Shown: positions 46,393 through 57,973 of the stretch, piece after piece
Layout of the letters: each line of letters begins with the position of its first letter
How positions within the stretch are numbered: position 1 is the first letter of the stretch
Source: Rebecca billardiae RCC1528
Lineage: Eukaryota; Protista; Haptophyta
NCBI GenBank assembly: GCA_965240325.2
Contig: OZ251236.1
Location: forward strand, 1,054,001 to 1,118,000
Direction of reading: 5' to 3'
Length of the DNA: 64,000 nucleotides
Notes under the pieces: generated by a model
Seen by the model: only the letters and a program-made list of their open reading frames with translations
Databases searched by the model: none
What the model was told of the DNA's origin: nothing
Program-made: the position numbers and the translations under genes

Positions 46393-46533
46393 TAGTTGGC
46401 GCGCACCGCCAACCCATATTATTGCGTCCTGCGCCCAACTGGGCTGGGTACGCACCCAGCCGCCTTGGCGTCCGGACTCCTGGCCTCCTCAGCCGCCAAG
46501 GCGCCCACCCGGCATGGGCCCGATTCCATCACG

Positions 46534-47850
46534 ATGGCGGCCGACGACTTCGACAGCGCTCTGGGGTGGTGGGCACAGCTCCTCGACGCGCTGCCGGCGC
46601 TCATCGTCGTGTCCGACGAGGATGGCGAGCGCATCGCGCACGCGACGGCCCCCGCTCTCGCTCTCTCCGCGCACACCGCCGAGCAGGTCCGCGATCTGTA
46701 CGACCCGCGCACGCTCGTGCTCGGCGGACCTCGCGAGACGCCCGTGCGCGCGTGGGCCGGCGAGGCGCGCGTGCAGCGCGGCAGCGGGCAGCCGGCGCTC
46801 CCCGTGCTGCTCGTCGTGCAGCCACTCAGGCCACCCGCCGGCGCGAGCGCGCGCGACGACGCGCTCTCGCTCTGGGCCATCGTGCAGCGCGCGCCCGCCG
46901 CCTCGCCGGCGCGCGCCGAGCGCATCGCAGACATCCTCGAGCACTGGCGGCCGCTGCTCGCCGAGCTGGCCCAAGGCGTCGGCGTGCTCGACGCAGACAA
47001 CGCGTCCGACCTGAGCCGAGCCGTCCTCGCCCCAGCCCTCGACGCCGCGCTCGGCGGGCACACGTCTGCGGCTGCGGCCGCGTGGAGCGCGCACGTGCGC
47101 GCGCGCGCGCGCAGCGGCGCGCGCGCTGCCAGCCTGCGCCTGCCAGGCGTCGGCGTCGGCGCGGAGCGCGAGCTGGCCGTCTCGTTGCTGCCCCTCTGGG
47201 ACGAGCGCGGGCGCACCGAGCGGTGGTGCGCCCTCACGGTCGACGTCACCGAGCGCAGCCCGGTGCTTGCGCGCGCCTGGCGCCTTGCCGGCGCCGCGGG
47301 CGCGGGCGCTCGCGGCACGCAGTCAGCTGTCCTGGGGAGCGGCGCGCAGGGCACGGTGTGTGCGGCGCGCAGCCTCGCCGACGGCACGCTCGCCGCGGTG
47401 AAGAGCGTCGACGTCCGCACCACGCCCGCCGCCGAGCTCGAGCGCGTGCGGCGCGAGGCCGTGGCAGTCGCGCGCGTGCACGTCAGCGAGGCCGCGAACG
47501 CGGCAGCCGCGGACGCACCAGGCGGGTCGAGGCCGCTTCAAAACGGCGGCGGTGGCGGCGGCGCCGGCGGGCTCGACGGCGGCGGCGCGGCGCACGTGCC
47601 GCCGCTGCTGGGCGCGTACGAGGGCTCGCGCGCGCTCCGCCTCGTCTTCGCGCTCGCGCCCGGCGAGCCGCTGCAGCGCGTGCTCGACCGATCGGAGCGC
47701 GAGGGTGTGCCCCTGCCGGTAGATGTGGGCGCGTCCCTGGCCGCGCAGATCTTCATCTCGGTCTCGAATCTGCATGCCGCGGGCGTGTACCACTGGGACG
47801 TGAAGCCGGCGAATATCGTGCTCGATCTGGGCGCGCGGCGGCTCGCGCTC
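46534..47850 (+). pseudogene. PAS-PAS-Ser/Thr kinase, apparently truncated before the DFG motif
   Basis: Two PAS/PAC-like segments (LLDALPALIVVSDEDG; LPLWDERGRTERWCALTVDVTER), then kinase motifs LGSGAQGTV, AAVK and HWDVKPANIVL. The sequence then switches abruptly to (CTGAATATACGG)3 and lower-GC DNA. Confidence 0.7.
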
Positions 47851-48592
47851 TCTCTGAATATACGGCTGAATATACGGCTGAATATACGTGGTTTTACGCG
47901 CTTGTGTGCCACTGACAGATCGATTCAGCGACCTCGATTTATTAGGGTATACCAACTTCGGATGTCACGTATGTCACATATATAGCCGTCACTGAGTCCG
48001 GATAGGTCCGGATTGGGCGCCGAATTCCGAAGCCCCGGACCCGGGGCTTCACTTTAGTACACCGCAAACGAGCTACTGCTAGCCATTGCGCGTGCTGTGA
48101 CTCGATGTCAATTGCCCCAGCGTGGCCTGTCTGTGGGTGCCCCAATCGGCGGCGGCGACCCCTTCTCTGCCTGTAGTTCGACTCAGATGCATGCATTCAA
48201 ACCAGAAAATCCGACGAATTTCCGGACAGGTTACCGTGACGCTTTTTTATTTGCTTTTCTTTTATGTGCTTCTGCTACAATAAGATGATGACTATATAGC
48301 AGTCGCGTCACAGTCGTAAGTGAGTACAGTAGTAGATCGTCAGGCTATATAGATCATATACAGCGCAACTGGCGGGCGCTAGTAGACTCTGCTACATGCA
48401 CGATACTACTTTAATAGTAGTCTGCTGACAGGATGTGATGGCAGGCGGATGGACTGCATCAATATAATAGTTATTAATAAGACGGGACCGACGATGCATG
48501 GTGCGGGACCTCGTCGCCGCTACTGTCCGAAGAGACCCCGTGGTGCACGCACGGTGCGCCTACGCCGAGCGCGTGCCCGGGGCCGAAGGAAG

Positions 48593-50314
48593 CTAGCCGA
48601 AAATGTCGTCGCGGTCTAACTTCCTTCCCCGGTGGCGCCCGACAAACGTGCGCAGGTTCCACGGGTTGGACTCGAGCCTGTCGCGAAACAAGTTGGCGAT
48701 GCGCTCCTCAAAGCCTTGGTCGTTCATGAGGCGACTGGTGAAGGGGCTCGAGCCAAAGATGGACGCAAAGCACACGTGGTCCTCATCGCCGTGCGCCTGC
48801 AGCACATCGAGCCAGTGCTGGAAGCGCGCGTGCGCACGGTCGTCGAGCAAGCGCGCGGCCGTGCTGTTGCTCATGAATGTGACGAAGGGCTGCGCGCCGA
48901 GCACACCGAGCCAGTACTGAAAGCGCGCATGCGCATGGTCGTCGAGCAAGCGCGCGGCCACGGTGCCGCTCATGAATGTGACGAAGAGCTGCGCGCCGAG
49001 CACACCGAGCCAGTACTGAAAGCGCGCATGCGCATGGTCGTCGAGCAAGCGCGCGGCCACGCTGTTGCTCATGAATGTGACGAAGAGCTGCGCGTCGTCG
49101 AGCAAAACGAGCCAGTACTGAAAGCGCGCATGCGCATGGTCGTCGAGCAAGCGCGCGGCCACGCTGTTGCTCATGAATGTGACGAAGAGCTGCGCGTCGT
49201 CGAGCAACTCGAGCCAGTACTGAAAGCGCGCATGCACATGGTCGTCGAGCAAGCGCGCGGCCACGCTGTCGCACATGAATGTGACGAAGAGCTGCGCGCC
49301 GAGCACACCGAGCCAGTACTGAAAGCGCGCATGCGCATGGTCGTCGAGCAAGCGCGCGGCCACGCTGTTGCTCATGAATGTGACGAAGAGCTGCGCGCCG
49401 AGCACCTTGAACCAGTACTCGAGCCGGTCGTCGTGAGCGGAGAGGTCCAAGTACATCGCCCCATGCGTGAGCACGGCGCGCAGCACGGCGCCTCCGCGCG
49501 CGTGCCACTTGCGCAGCAGACCTTCCACCGCGGGCACGTGCGCGTCCATGTGCCGCAGGTGAGCGTGCTCGCGCAAGAATCGGCCGCTGTCGTTGTCGTA
49601 GAGCAGTCGTGTGAGCATCACGCGCGCCTTGGCTCTGGCTTCCACCTCCGCGGCCAGGTCACCCAGCGCAGCGTCGATGCGCGCGTCGACCTGCGAGTAG
49701 TCGTCCGGTGTCTTAAGCGCGCGCATGCCGTTGAGCCTGCACATCGTCAGCTTGAACAGCTTCACGGCGCCTGGGGCTCGCGCGGCGACGAGGTGCGCCG
49801 AGGGATGCGGCGCGCCTTCGAGCGCGAGGAAGCGGTGTTGGCCGAGCTCGTAGAGCGAGACGAGGTGCTGCTCGGAGATGAATGCGATGCGCTTCACGAG
49901 ACCCAGCTCGATGGCCTTGTCGAATGCCGCCTGGCATGTGCGCCCCGCCACGTACGCGCATGCGGGGAAGCGCGCGCACATCGAGTCCAGGTGCTCGTTG
50001 AAGCGCGTGAGCCAGGCGGACACGAGCTCGACGTCGCTCGCAAAGCTCGCGAGCACGCGCTGGTCAATCGCAGCATTCGTTGTGGTTGAGCTGAGCGTGC
50101 ACAGGTCCACCCAGGTGATGGGCGGCACGGGCGTAAGCAGCTCGCGCATCTCGATCTCGGTGCGGCTCACGTTCGTGACGCTCGCGTTGGCTTGCGGGTA
50201 CAGGCCCAGCACAAAGAGAGCATTGGTTCCCCGCGGCGTGAGCGGGGGCTCCCAAGACTTGGCATCGAAGCCTTGGCGCAAACACGTCCGTTGGCGCTTC
50301 ACGAGATCGTTCAT
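48593..50314 (-). CDS. 573-aa protein: putative UDG-like N-terminal domain plus six 33-34-aa tandem helical repeats
   Basis: Intact intronless ORF from ATG 50314. Repeats at 48818-49417, consensus YWLGVLG-AQLFVTFM[SNS]VAARLLDDHAHARFQ. N-terminal motifs LFVLGLYP, WVDLC, YVAGR and PHPS. Confidence 0.85.
   Translation of the reverse strand: MNDLVKRQRTCLRQGFDAKSWEPPLTPRGTNALFVLGLYPQANASVTNVSRTEIEMRELLTPVPPITWVDLCTLSSTTTNAAIDQRVLASFASDVELVSAWLTRFNEHLDSMCARFPACAYVAGRTCQAAFDKAIELGLVKRIAFISEQHLVSLYELGQHRFLALEGAPHPSAHLVAARAPGAVKLFKLTMCRLNGMRALKTPDDYSQVDARIDAALGDLAAEVEARAKARVMLTRLLYDNDSGRFLREHAHLRHMDAHVPAVEGLLRKWHARGGAVLRAVLTHGAMYLDLSAHDDRLEYWFKVLGAQLFVTFMSNSVAARLLDDHAHARFQYWLGVLGAQLFVTFMCDSVAARLLDDHVHARFQYWLELLDDAQLFVTFMSNSVAARLLDDHAHARFQYWLVLLDDAQLFVTFMSNSVAARLLDDHAHARFQYWLGVLGAQLFVTFMSGTVAARLLDDHAHARFQYWLGVLGAQPFVTFMSNSTAARLLDDRAHARFQHWLDVLQAHGDEDHVCFASIFGSSPFTSRLMNDQGFEERIANLFRDRLESNPWNLRTFVGRHRGRKLDRDDIFG
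48818..49417 (-). repeat. Coding tandem repeat, 6 units of 99 or 102 bp
   Basis: Units of 33, 33, 34, 34, 33 and 33 aa total 600 bp and are near-identical at the DNA level. Confidence 0.97.
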
Positions 50315-51453
50315 GGCCAGGCCGCCGCCGACGACACAACCACGAGCGCGGACTGCGTCGGCGGATGGCGGTTGGCGGATCTCATTCGTACGACCAGTAA
50401 AACGGAATACCCGTCTTCTGATCAAGGGTACTGTACACTACAGTTTACCCCGCAAGGCCGCAGAATTCCGGATTTCGCGTGGTCCACCGGAAACTGACCG
50501 GCAAGCGAGCCCGTTGGCCGGCGGGACGAGAAATGGCGGGAGCTGTGGGCGCGAGATCCCGTGTCAGATGGACTGCTGCCCTTGACGAGCGCCGAGCCGC
50601 AAATGTAGAATGCCGTGGTTCGCCCCCTGGTCGAAGCCGTCGTGGATGGCACGAGATCTGCGATTCGAACGGTGCGGGCTGGCCACTCGGGTCCGACGAG
50701 CCCACGGACTCCTGTCCGCACCGAGATCGAGCTGACGCATCTTGTCTCTTCTCGGCGTGGCCACTCCTTGCCATTCAGTCGTGAACTCACGAGCGACGAC
50801 GAGGAGAATGACTTTGTAAGATACGAGAGCTGTGCGCCCTTGTAAGAGCTCGTCCAGATTGTGGAAATCACGCAGCTTGTCCTGCTCGGGAGAGGCGTCA
50901 ACGTGGAGCAGCAGTGGATCAGAGCCAGGTTCACCTAAACCATGAAACACATGCTGTAGAGGGTGGCAAAGAACCTGAGCGTTGGGCATCCACCGGTACG
51001 CACGAGGCGCACAAAAGCGTGGGCGTGCCTGAGCCTGTGATGGACTGCTCCTCATGCGTGCTGCTGGCCATTGTGCGTGCGCGTGTGTGCGTGTGAGCGT
51101 GTGCACACTGCGCATACGCATACATACAGCTTGTCCTTCCTTCTCTACGAGATCGTGTCGTCGCGCGGGCTCGGAGGCCGCGCCTCTTCCGCGCAGGCAA
51201 ATACCGGCTGGTCAATGTCACCTTGCCCCGTGCGGGCACACCATCGCGCAGCGCGTGACGAGCCGCCGCCCTGGGTGCGAGGCGGCGCTCGGACGAGCCG
51301 CCGCCGATCCAAGCGTCGTGGCCATGCAAGGTACAGTAGTGTGGCAAGGAGGGAGCGAAGATTCGAATACTGTAAGAACGATTCGGAGTCCACGAGGTGG
51401 TGGTGAGCTTGGGGGCGCGCGCCCACGCGATCATCGATGGCGCCGCGAGAGCC

Positions 51454-52590
51454 ATGATGAACGACGAGCTCGCCCGCCTGCTCGCCGCCGGCGACGTCGA
51501 TGCCTTGCGCAGTGCGCTCAAGCAACAGCAGGCGCGTGAGCAGGACGCTGTGCCCGCGAACGATGGCCCGGAGCTGCCGCAGCCGCCGCGTGCGACCATT
51601 CAGACCGAAGCAGCGATTGTTCCGGAGCTCATTGCGCTGCGCAAGCGGCACGCGGTGCACTTCCGACTGCTCCTTCCAGCAGATGCCGACGACTTGGCCG
51701 TGGGTGCACGTGAATACCATCTGGTCGACTCGCGCGTCATGGGCAAAATCTGCTGGCCGGCAGCAGAGGCACTCGCCGCGCATGTCCTGACCACGGCCTC
51801 GCGTTGGCAGCTCCCGGCGCCGGCTGTTTTCCTGGAGCTGGCCGCGGGCTGCGCACTGCCCAGCCTTGTGGCAGCGAAGATGCGCGTTTTCTCCCGCGTG
51901 GTTACGACAGATGTCACCGCCGAGCGCGTGGCCATCGCCGCGCACAACGCCGAGCTCAACGGCGTCGCCCTTGAGGCCCGCGAGCTCGAGTTCGCGGACT
52001 GCGAGAAGCTCGTGCAGCTTGCCCTGCGCAGCTCGAGCCACGCGGAGGGGGGCGCGCGCAGCTTCGTGGTATGCGCGGCGGACGTGCACTACAACCCGAC
52101 ATCTCTCGAAGACTTCTTCGCCGCCGGCGCTGCCCTCGTGCAGCGCGCCACAGCGCGCGATGACCTGTCGGACCCTCTCGAATGCCGGCTCGTGCTGGCT
52201 CGATCCTCAACCTTCGCACACAACGATGAGCATATGTGGGCGGCCGCGCGCGCGAACCGTTTCGATGCCGTGTCCACGACAGAATACGGAGCAGCCGGCG
52301 TCCTCCATTCCGCGAGTGCGACGCTCTTCGAGCCCAACAATGACGAGAGCGTGCACATCTTCACCTTTGCGCCCCAGGATGCTCCAGAAGCGGCTGCACC
52401 AGAGGCCGCCCCTGCACGCGCGCAAGAGGCGCAGGGTGCGGAGGCTCCATCGAGCGCGCCAGATCCAGAGGCAGCTAGTGCCGTCTCTCGCTTCCCGGGG
52501 GTGGATGAAGCGGCTACTCTGATGGCGGGGGCATCCCTGGAGCAGCAGCTGCACCCGCATCAATCCTCCAGCACTCTCCCTTACGCGTGA
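51454..52590 (+). CDS. Seven-beta-strand protein-lysine methyltransferase (METTL21/family 16-like)
   Basis: GKICWPAAEALA, VFLELAAGCALPSLVAA, VVTTD, NAELN and CAADVHY. Confidence 0.8.
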   Translation: MMNDELARLLAAGDVDALRSALKQQQAREQDAVPANDGPELPQPPRATIQTEAAIVPELIALRKRHAVHFRLLLPADADDLAVGAREYHLVDSRVMGKICWPAAEALAAHVLTTASRWQLPAPAVFLELAAGCALPSLVAAKMRVFSRVVTTDVTAERVAIAAHNAELNGVALEARELEFADCEKLVQLALRSSSHAEGGARSFVVCAADVHYNPTSLEDFFAAGAALVQRATARDDLSDPLECRLVLARSSTFAHNDEHMWAAARANRFDAVSTTEYGAAGVLHSASATLFEPNNDESVHIFTFAPQDAPEAAAPEAAPARAQEAQGAEAPSSAPDPEAASAVSRFPGVDEAATLMAGASLEQQLHPHQSSSTLPYA

Positions 52591-54262
52591 GGCGCGGGCC
52601 GCTGAAATCAAGCGCCGAGCAGTGTCAGAAATGCCTCGTATCGTCAGTTTCAATCCGCAATCGACGCGCTGACAATCCACAATCGGTGCGCTTGGCGCCC
52701 TCGGCGTGCGCCCAGTCAATCGCCGACTGAATTGCGGTGTCATAATAACCGGGCTGCGGGACCTAGCTAGTAGCTGATCGCCCGTCGCCACAGCCTGGAC
52801 TGCTGGAGTCGCTGCCCGGCCCGCGCTTCAAGCTGATCAGCTTCACTGACTGCACCGTCCTGACTGTGCGGCAGGACGAGCGAGTGCCCATTGCAATCAC
52901 TCAATCAGGGATACGGAGACTATATATATATATGGGTGTCCGTTGCACAGCTTCGTGATGCGCTCTTCGTCCGCGCCCTCTCGCAGGACTAGCCAGGTCC
53001 TGGATCCCTTTGCGGATCCGGTCGAGACAGAGAGTCTAACTAACTACTGTCATACCCGGATCCGGGGGGGGGGGGGCACATTGCCCGCCTAGTTACTAGT
53101 AGGGCTCATGGCGGCACTGGCTGCATACCGTACGGTACACCGGCGGCAAGTGGTGGTCGGCCTCCGCCCCACGACGAGCGGCCGGCCATCCCCGTCTAAC
53201 GCACTACAGTATGACCTAGCTACCCGGGTACAGGAGTGGATACGGGCTAACTCACTTAACTGTTTATAACTTAACTGGACCGACAGGGGCTATCTGGACA
53301 CTCAGCGGGCCGGCGGCCTCTTGGCGAGGGCTCGTGGGCGAACGAGCACGAGCGCCCACTGGCGGGTCCCCACGACGGCGCACGATGTTTGCAGACCTCA
53401 CCTGGTCGTGGGGCGTCGTCTGCGCACGCGCCAGGTCGCGCTTCTCGACACCTTCGCCTTGTTTCGTGAGTTCCGCGCATTAAGGCCGAACGCTAGCGTT
53501 TCAAGCCGCAATGCGCGTGCGCGGACTCAGGAAGGGCGGACTCCGAGGCAAGGCGCGGTTGCGCTGGCGTGGGTAGGTCCCAGAGCAACCGTCCGAGCCG
53601 CTGCACACGCTTTTCCTCCGTGCGCGCGTCTCTGAGTTCGATTCCCATGCCTCAGCCAGTGCTAGGGGCTAATTGGACAGTGCCATTGCGGCCGCCACGC
53701 GTGGAGACGGGCCCGCAGCGCAGAAAGCGCGCTGCGGCGGAACTCCGGGGACCCCCTGAAGTCCATCCCTGGCGTCCCTTCGACCCCGATGCTCCCAAAC
53801 AGGCCTCCACGTGAGTTGGGTCGGCCACCGGGTCCAGTTTCACCCACCTGTCGTGTCCACGAGGACCAGGGCGGTGTTCACAGCAGCTTGATCTGGTTCA
53901 AGCCCGAAGCCTGCGGAAGCCCGCGAAGCTCCGGCCGGGATTTCATGAATACTCGCGGGAAATCAAAGCTGCTCCGATTTCTCAAACGTTGGAATCAGTA
54001 GGGAAAACCACAAATAGTGAGGGTTGAAAGGCTCCTACGAGAGATCGCGCGCCAATTGAAGGCTTTCATCACGGATGGAGCTTATTGGAGCTACTCCCAC
54101 CGTTCGATTCTTTCGGTCAATGAAAGTCGATTTGCCCGCGCGCGCCTGCCGGTGAGCGGGCCTCTCGTTTGCAACCCGGGACGAAGCTCGGCGCGTGCGG
54201 GCGAGACCCCGCAGTCCGCACGACCGCGAAAGGCAGGAAGTTGCCCTCCTCCCCCCGCCTCG

Positions 54263-55453
54263 ATGGCCCCGCTCACCGCCGACCGCCCGCTCCGCTGGGG
54301 GCTCCTTGGGACGGGTCGCGTTGCCCATGACTTCGCGGCCGCTATCTACTCTGCACCCAACAACGAGATCACGCTTGTCGCCGGTCGTTCGCCCTCCGGC
54401 GCGCAGAAGATGGCATCGATCTACGGCGGTCGCGGCACGACGCGCGAGGGTACCGACGCCTACCAGGAGCTCGTCGAGTCGCCAGATGTGGATGTCGTGT
54501 ACGTCGGAACTTACCAGCGGGACCACGCGGCGCACGTCCTCCTCTGCCTGCGCCACGGCAAGCACGTCGTCTGCGAGAAGCCCATGTGCATGACTGCGTC
54601 CGAGGCTCGCCAGTGCGTAGCGGAGGCGCGCAAGAACCGCGTGCTGCTCGTGGAGGGTCACTGGACGCACTGCTGGCCCGCCGCGCGTGCTGCCACCCGG
54701 CTCATCCAGGAGGAGGGCAAGATCGGCGAGGTCCAGAACGTCACGTCCGACTTCTCGTTCCCATACCCCACCGACCCGAGCAAGCCCGAGTTCCAGAATG
54801 CGATGGGAGGCGGTGCGACCATGCTGGTGGGTGTCTACCCTCTCTGCATGGTCATGCGCCACCTGGGCAAGCCGTTGAGCGTCCAGGCCGCGGGCATCAC
54901 CGAGTCCACGTCGAAGGAGGGCTGCGTGGACACCTCGGCCTCCGTCGTGATGAAGTTCGATGGCGGCAAGACGGGCGTCGCGACGTACGGCTGGAAGGGC
55001 GAGGGGCGGCAGGAGACGGTCATCACCGGGGACAAGGGGTTCATCATCCTAAACAACCCGGCGCACGCGCCCATCCAGCTCACGCTCGTCGTGCAGGCGG
55101 GCGAGCGCAACAAGTACACGACCGAGGTGATGGAGTTCCCGATGCCAAAGCACCCAGAGGGCCTGCCGCCGATCATCCACCCCCACTCGGAGGGCTTCCT
55201 GTACGAGGTTCAGGCCGTGGAGGCGGCGCTTCGCGCGGGTCACGCCGAGTGCGAGTCCATGCCCATGTCCGCCACCGTGCACCTGGCCGAGACGGTCGAC
55301 AAGATCCGCATGGCCCTGGGGGTGCATTGGCACACGGACAGCCGCTGGCCCCGACTCCTGGCTCGCATGCCCGCGACCGCGCCGACCGCGCTCGCTGCCG
55401 CTGTCGGGGTGGTCGGCGCCGGCCTGACTCTTGTGATGGCTGCTGGCGGCTGA
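54263..55453 (+). CDS. Gfo/Idh/MocA oxidoreductase (dihydrodiol / D-xylose dehydrogenase-like) with a hydrophobic C-terminal tail
   Basis: LRWGLLGTGRVA, DVDVVYVGT, GKHVVCEKP and GGGATMLVGVYP. Confidence 0.9.
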   Translation: MAPLTADRPLRWGLLGTGRVAHDFAAAIYSAPNNEITLVAGRSPSGAQKMASIYGGRGTTREGTDAYQELVESPDVDVVYVGTYQRDHAAHVLLCLRHGKHVVCEKPMCMTASEARQCVAEARKNRVLLVEGHWTHCWPAARAATRLIQEEGKIGEVQNVTSDFSFPYPTDPSKPEFQNAMGGGATMLVGVYPLCMVMRHLGKPLSVQAAGITESTSKEGCVDTSASVVMKFDGGKTGVATYGWKGEGRQETVITGDKGFIILNNPAHAPIQLTLVVQAGERNKYTTEVMEFPMPKHPEGLPPIIHPHSEGFLYEVQAVEAALRAGHAECESMPMSATVHLAETVDKIRMALGVHWHTDSRWPRLLARMPATAPTALAAAVGVVGAGLTLVMAAGG

Positions 55454-55890
55454 ATCTAGTACGAGTGCTGCTTCCTCTCGGCGCGGACGCTTTGCCAGCT
55501 GCTGCATGCAGCCGGCACGCGGGCCGGCAGACGAGCGTGACTACGTACGAAGTACGGGCCCGGCGACGGACCTAATCAGTCATGAGACTCGTGGGCTGAT
55601 GCGCGGGCGGCCTCGTCGCGGGCGGCCACTGTGAAGCCTGTGCCCTGACTGGCCACGGCCCACTCCCGCAGCCTGGCAGTCACTGTCACTATTCCAGTGG
55701 CACGGTCTGCGCGTGGATCAATTACATCCAATATCCATACTCGTTTTACCTGAAGTCTTCATAAAGTCTGTGAGTCCGAAGAACGCGACCGTCGCGGTTT
55801 AGTGAATATTAGACGCGCAGCCGCAGAGACCGTGAGAGAGTCAATAGTCATCACTCGGACTCGGAGTCACTGGCAGTGAGTCGCAGACGG

Positions 55891-56157
55891 CCCCCCCGAA
55901 AGCCAAAGCCAAAGGTCTCGTCAGAGTGAGTCACTACAGTAGGAGCGTGAGCGAAAGCCGGGCCCGGGGGGCCGGGGGGGGGGGGGGGGGCAAGTACTCC
56001 GCAAAATCGTCAATAAAAAGATCGCGATATAATGGCGCGCGTGATTTTGGGCGCGGTACTACGACTTATGGCGCACGCCCCCCCCCCGAAAGGTCTGAGC
56101 GTGAGCGAAAGCCGGGGGGGGGGGGCGGCGCACGTGCTCCGCAAAATCAAAAAGAGG
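55891..56157. repeat. Degenerate direct repeat with poly-C/poly-G tracts
   Basis: Two copies of CCCCCCCGAAAG...GAGCGTGAGCGAAAGCCGGG-(G)n-...CTCCGCAAAATC. Confidence 0.7.
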
Positions 56158-57973
56158 ATGCGCGCAGGATTTTGGGGATTTTTGTAGCAGATGTGACCGG
56201 ACCCCTAGTGGACGCATTTCGCTGCCAATGATTGCGTTTGTAGTAGATGCTAATTTTAACGATAGTAACACTTAGGGGAATGCAGGGTGGAATAGCACAT
56301 AACACCAGCCGTGTGTTCGAACATTCCGTCATAGTAAGATGCTTGAATTGTAAGAGCCTGAAACAGCTCGCCAACCATAGAAAAGAGAGATTCGGTCGGC
56401 TTTTATGTCGCTTGAAGTAAAGTATTGCCGGCATCTGAAGTCATGAACCGTCGCTTCTCAGTGGCGGATATCATCAGGTTATGGCGCGATGTTCTAGGGC
56501 ACGCGATCCGCATCGTTTCGCACGAACCCTCGCGGGCGACGAGATATATCATTGTCAAAGTCCAAGGCAGCCATCGGCGCCATTCCCCAGCTCGAGACTT
56601 TAATTCCAAGGCGCTGAGCAATTTCAGCCGCCAAGCTACAGACTTTCATCATGCAATTCAATCGGTTTCACCATTCAAGAGCAAGGCCAACAGCAGCCAT
56701 TGTTCATGCAAGTTACTACTCCAAAGATAAGGAGCATCGGCACACACATCACATGAGGTCTTCGGACTACACATCCAAGGGTCCAGGGATTCTTCACCAC
56801 TTGGGAAGGTACCCTGAACTGGACCAGAGACTACCATGCAGTCATCAGAACTTTCTTTTCATTTCGAGGAGACGTCCCGATCATCACAGGAAGCTTTCGT
56901 GCAATGACCCGAAGGCAATCAACGGAATTCCGAGAGCATTCCGACCGAGGAAAGCAGGCACACGAAGATTCCAAAATCTTCGATGCCACTTCCATCAGCT
57001 TTCACCAGACTGAAACATCAGCCAACCTGAAACCACCGCCAGCAAGGGGGACGCCCCTTCGCCCCACGAAACACAGTAAGGACCGCACGACACGCGCGAA
57101 GCGCCAATCATGAGCTCACGGGTGCAAAACGTCGTCCGATCCTACGATCAGCGCAAGCGGACCCGCATCGATCGGCTCCGCCACCACGGGAGCCCCATGC
57201 TCCTCGACATTGACTTCGGCGACAACGCCGGATCGGCACGGAACGACACCGGCCGCAAGGAAGACATCGAGTTCCCATCCTCGCGATGGTACGACCAGGG
57301 CGGGAGCCCGCGTACCTTCTACGAGGACTGTCGCAGCTCCATCGAGAACCGCGACCGCCACGACGGACACTACCCGCGTGGCGAGCAAGGCCCCAGTCGC
57401 CAAGGCAACGGCGGCGGCCGGCATCACGCACCGACCGAGTACAAGCACCACCGGCGGAGCGACGACAACCTCGTACCCTACGACGGGACGTGGTTCGCGG
57501 AGAGCACAAGGCCATCCAACTCCACGCATGCGCACTGGCACCCGCCCCACTCGCGGGGCCACCGATACCATCCCTCGCAACACAGCGAGGCCGAGCGCGC
57601 CGCGCCGCGCACCGGCGCGCGCGCAACTGAACCCATGACGATCCCCAGCGCGCAGGAGCGATCGTCGGCGCACGACAAGTACCCAAACGGCCCGCGGCCC
57701 TCCGGCACGCTGGGCTGGGACTACAAGCAGCCCGTCGTGCTCCCTGAGCAATGGCGAGTGCCCCCGTCCTCGCAGAAGGACGACTCGCCGTCGTCGCAGT
57801 CGCTGCATCGCGACGCTACGACACAGACGGAATCCCCGGACTCGGCGTCGCCGACTGCGACTGGACACGACCAGCATGGAGGCAGCAGCGTCGCAGCGCC
57901 GGAGGCGGGCGCGATGGCGGGCGACCTCCCGAGACGACTGGCCTACAGTAGTGGCCTTGACCCCGACCGCTTG

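Noticed and set aside
48818-49417. Repeats as ankyrin, TPR or PPR
   Set aside because: The length fits but the consensus residues do not (for example no TPLH..A..G).
50440-51390. ORFs between the repeat gene and the methyltransferase
   Set aside because: Fragmentary, in conflicting frames and with no recognisable family; could be a relic but cannot be supported.
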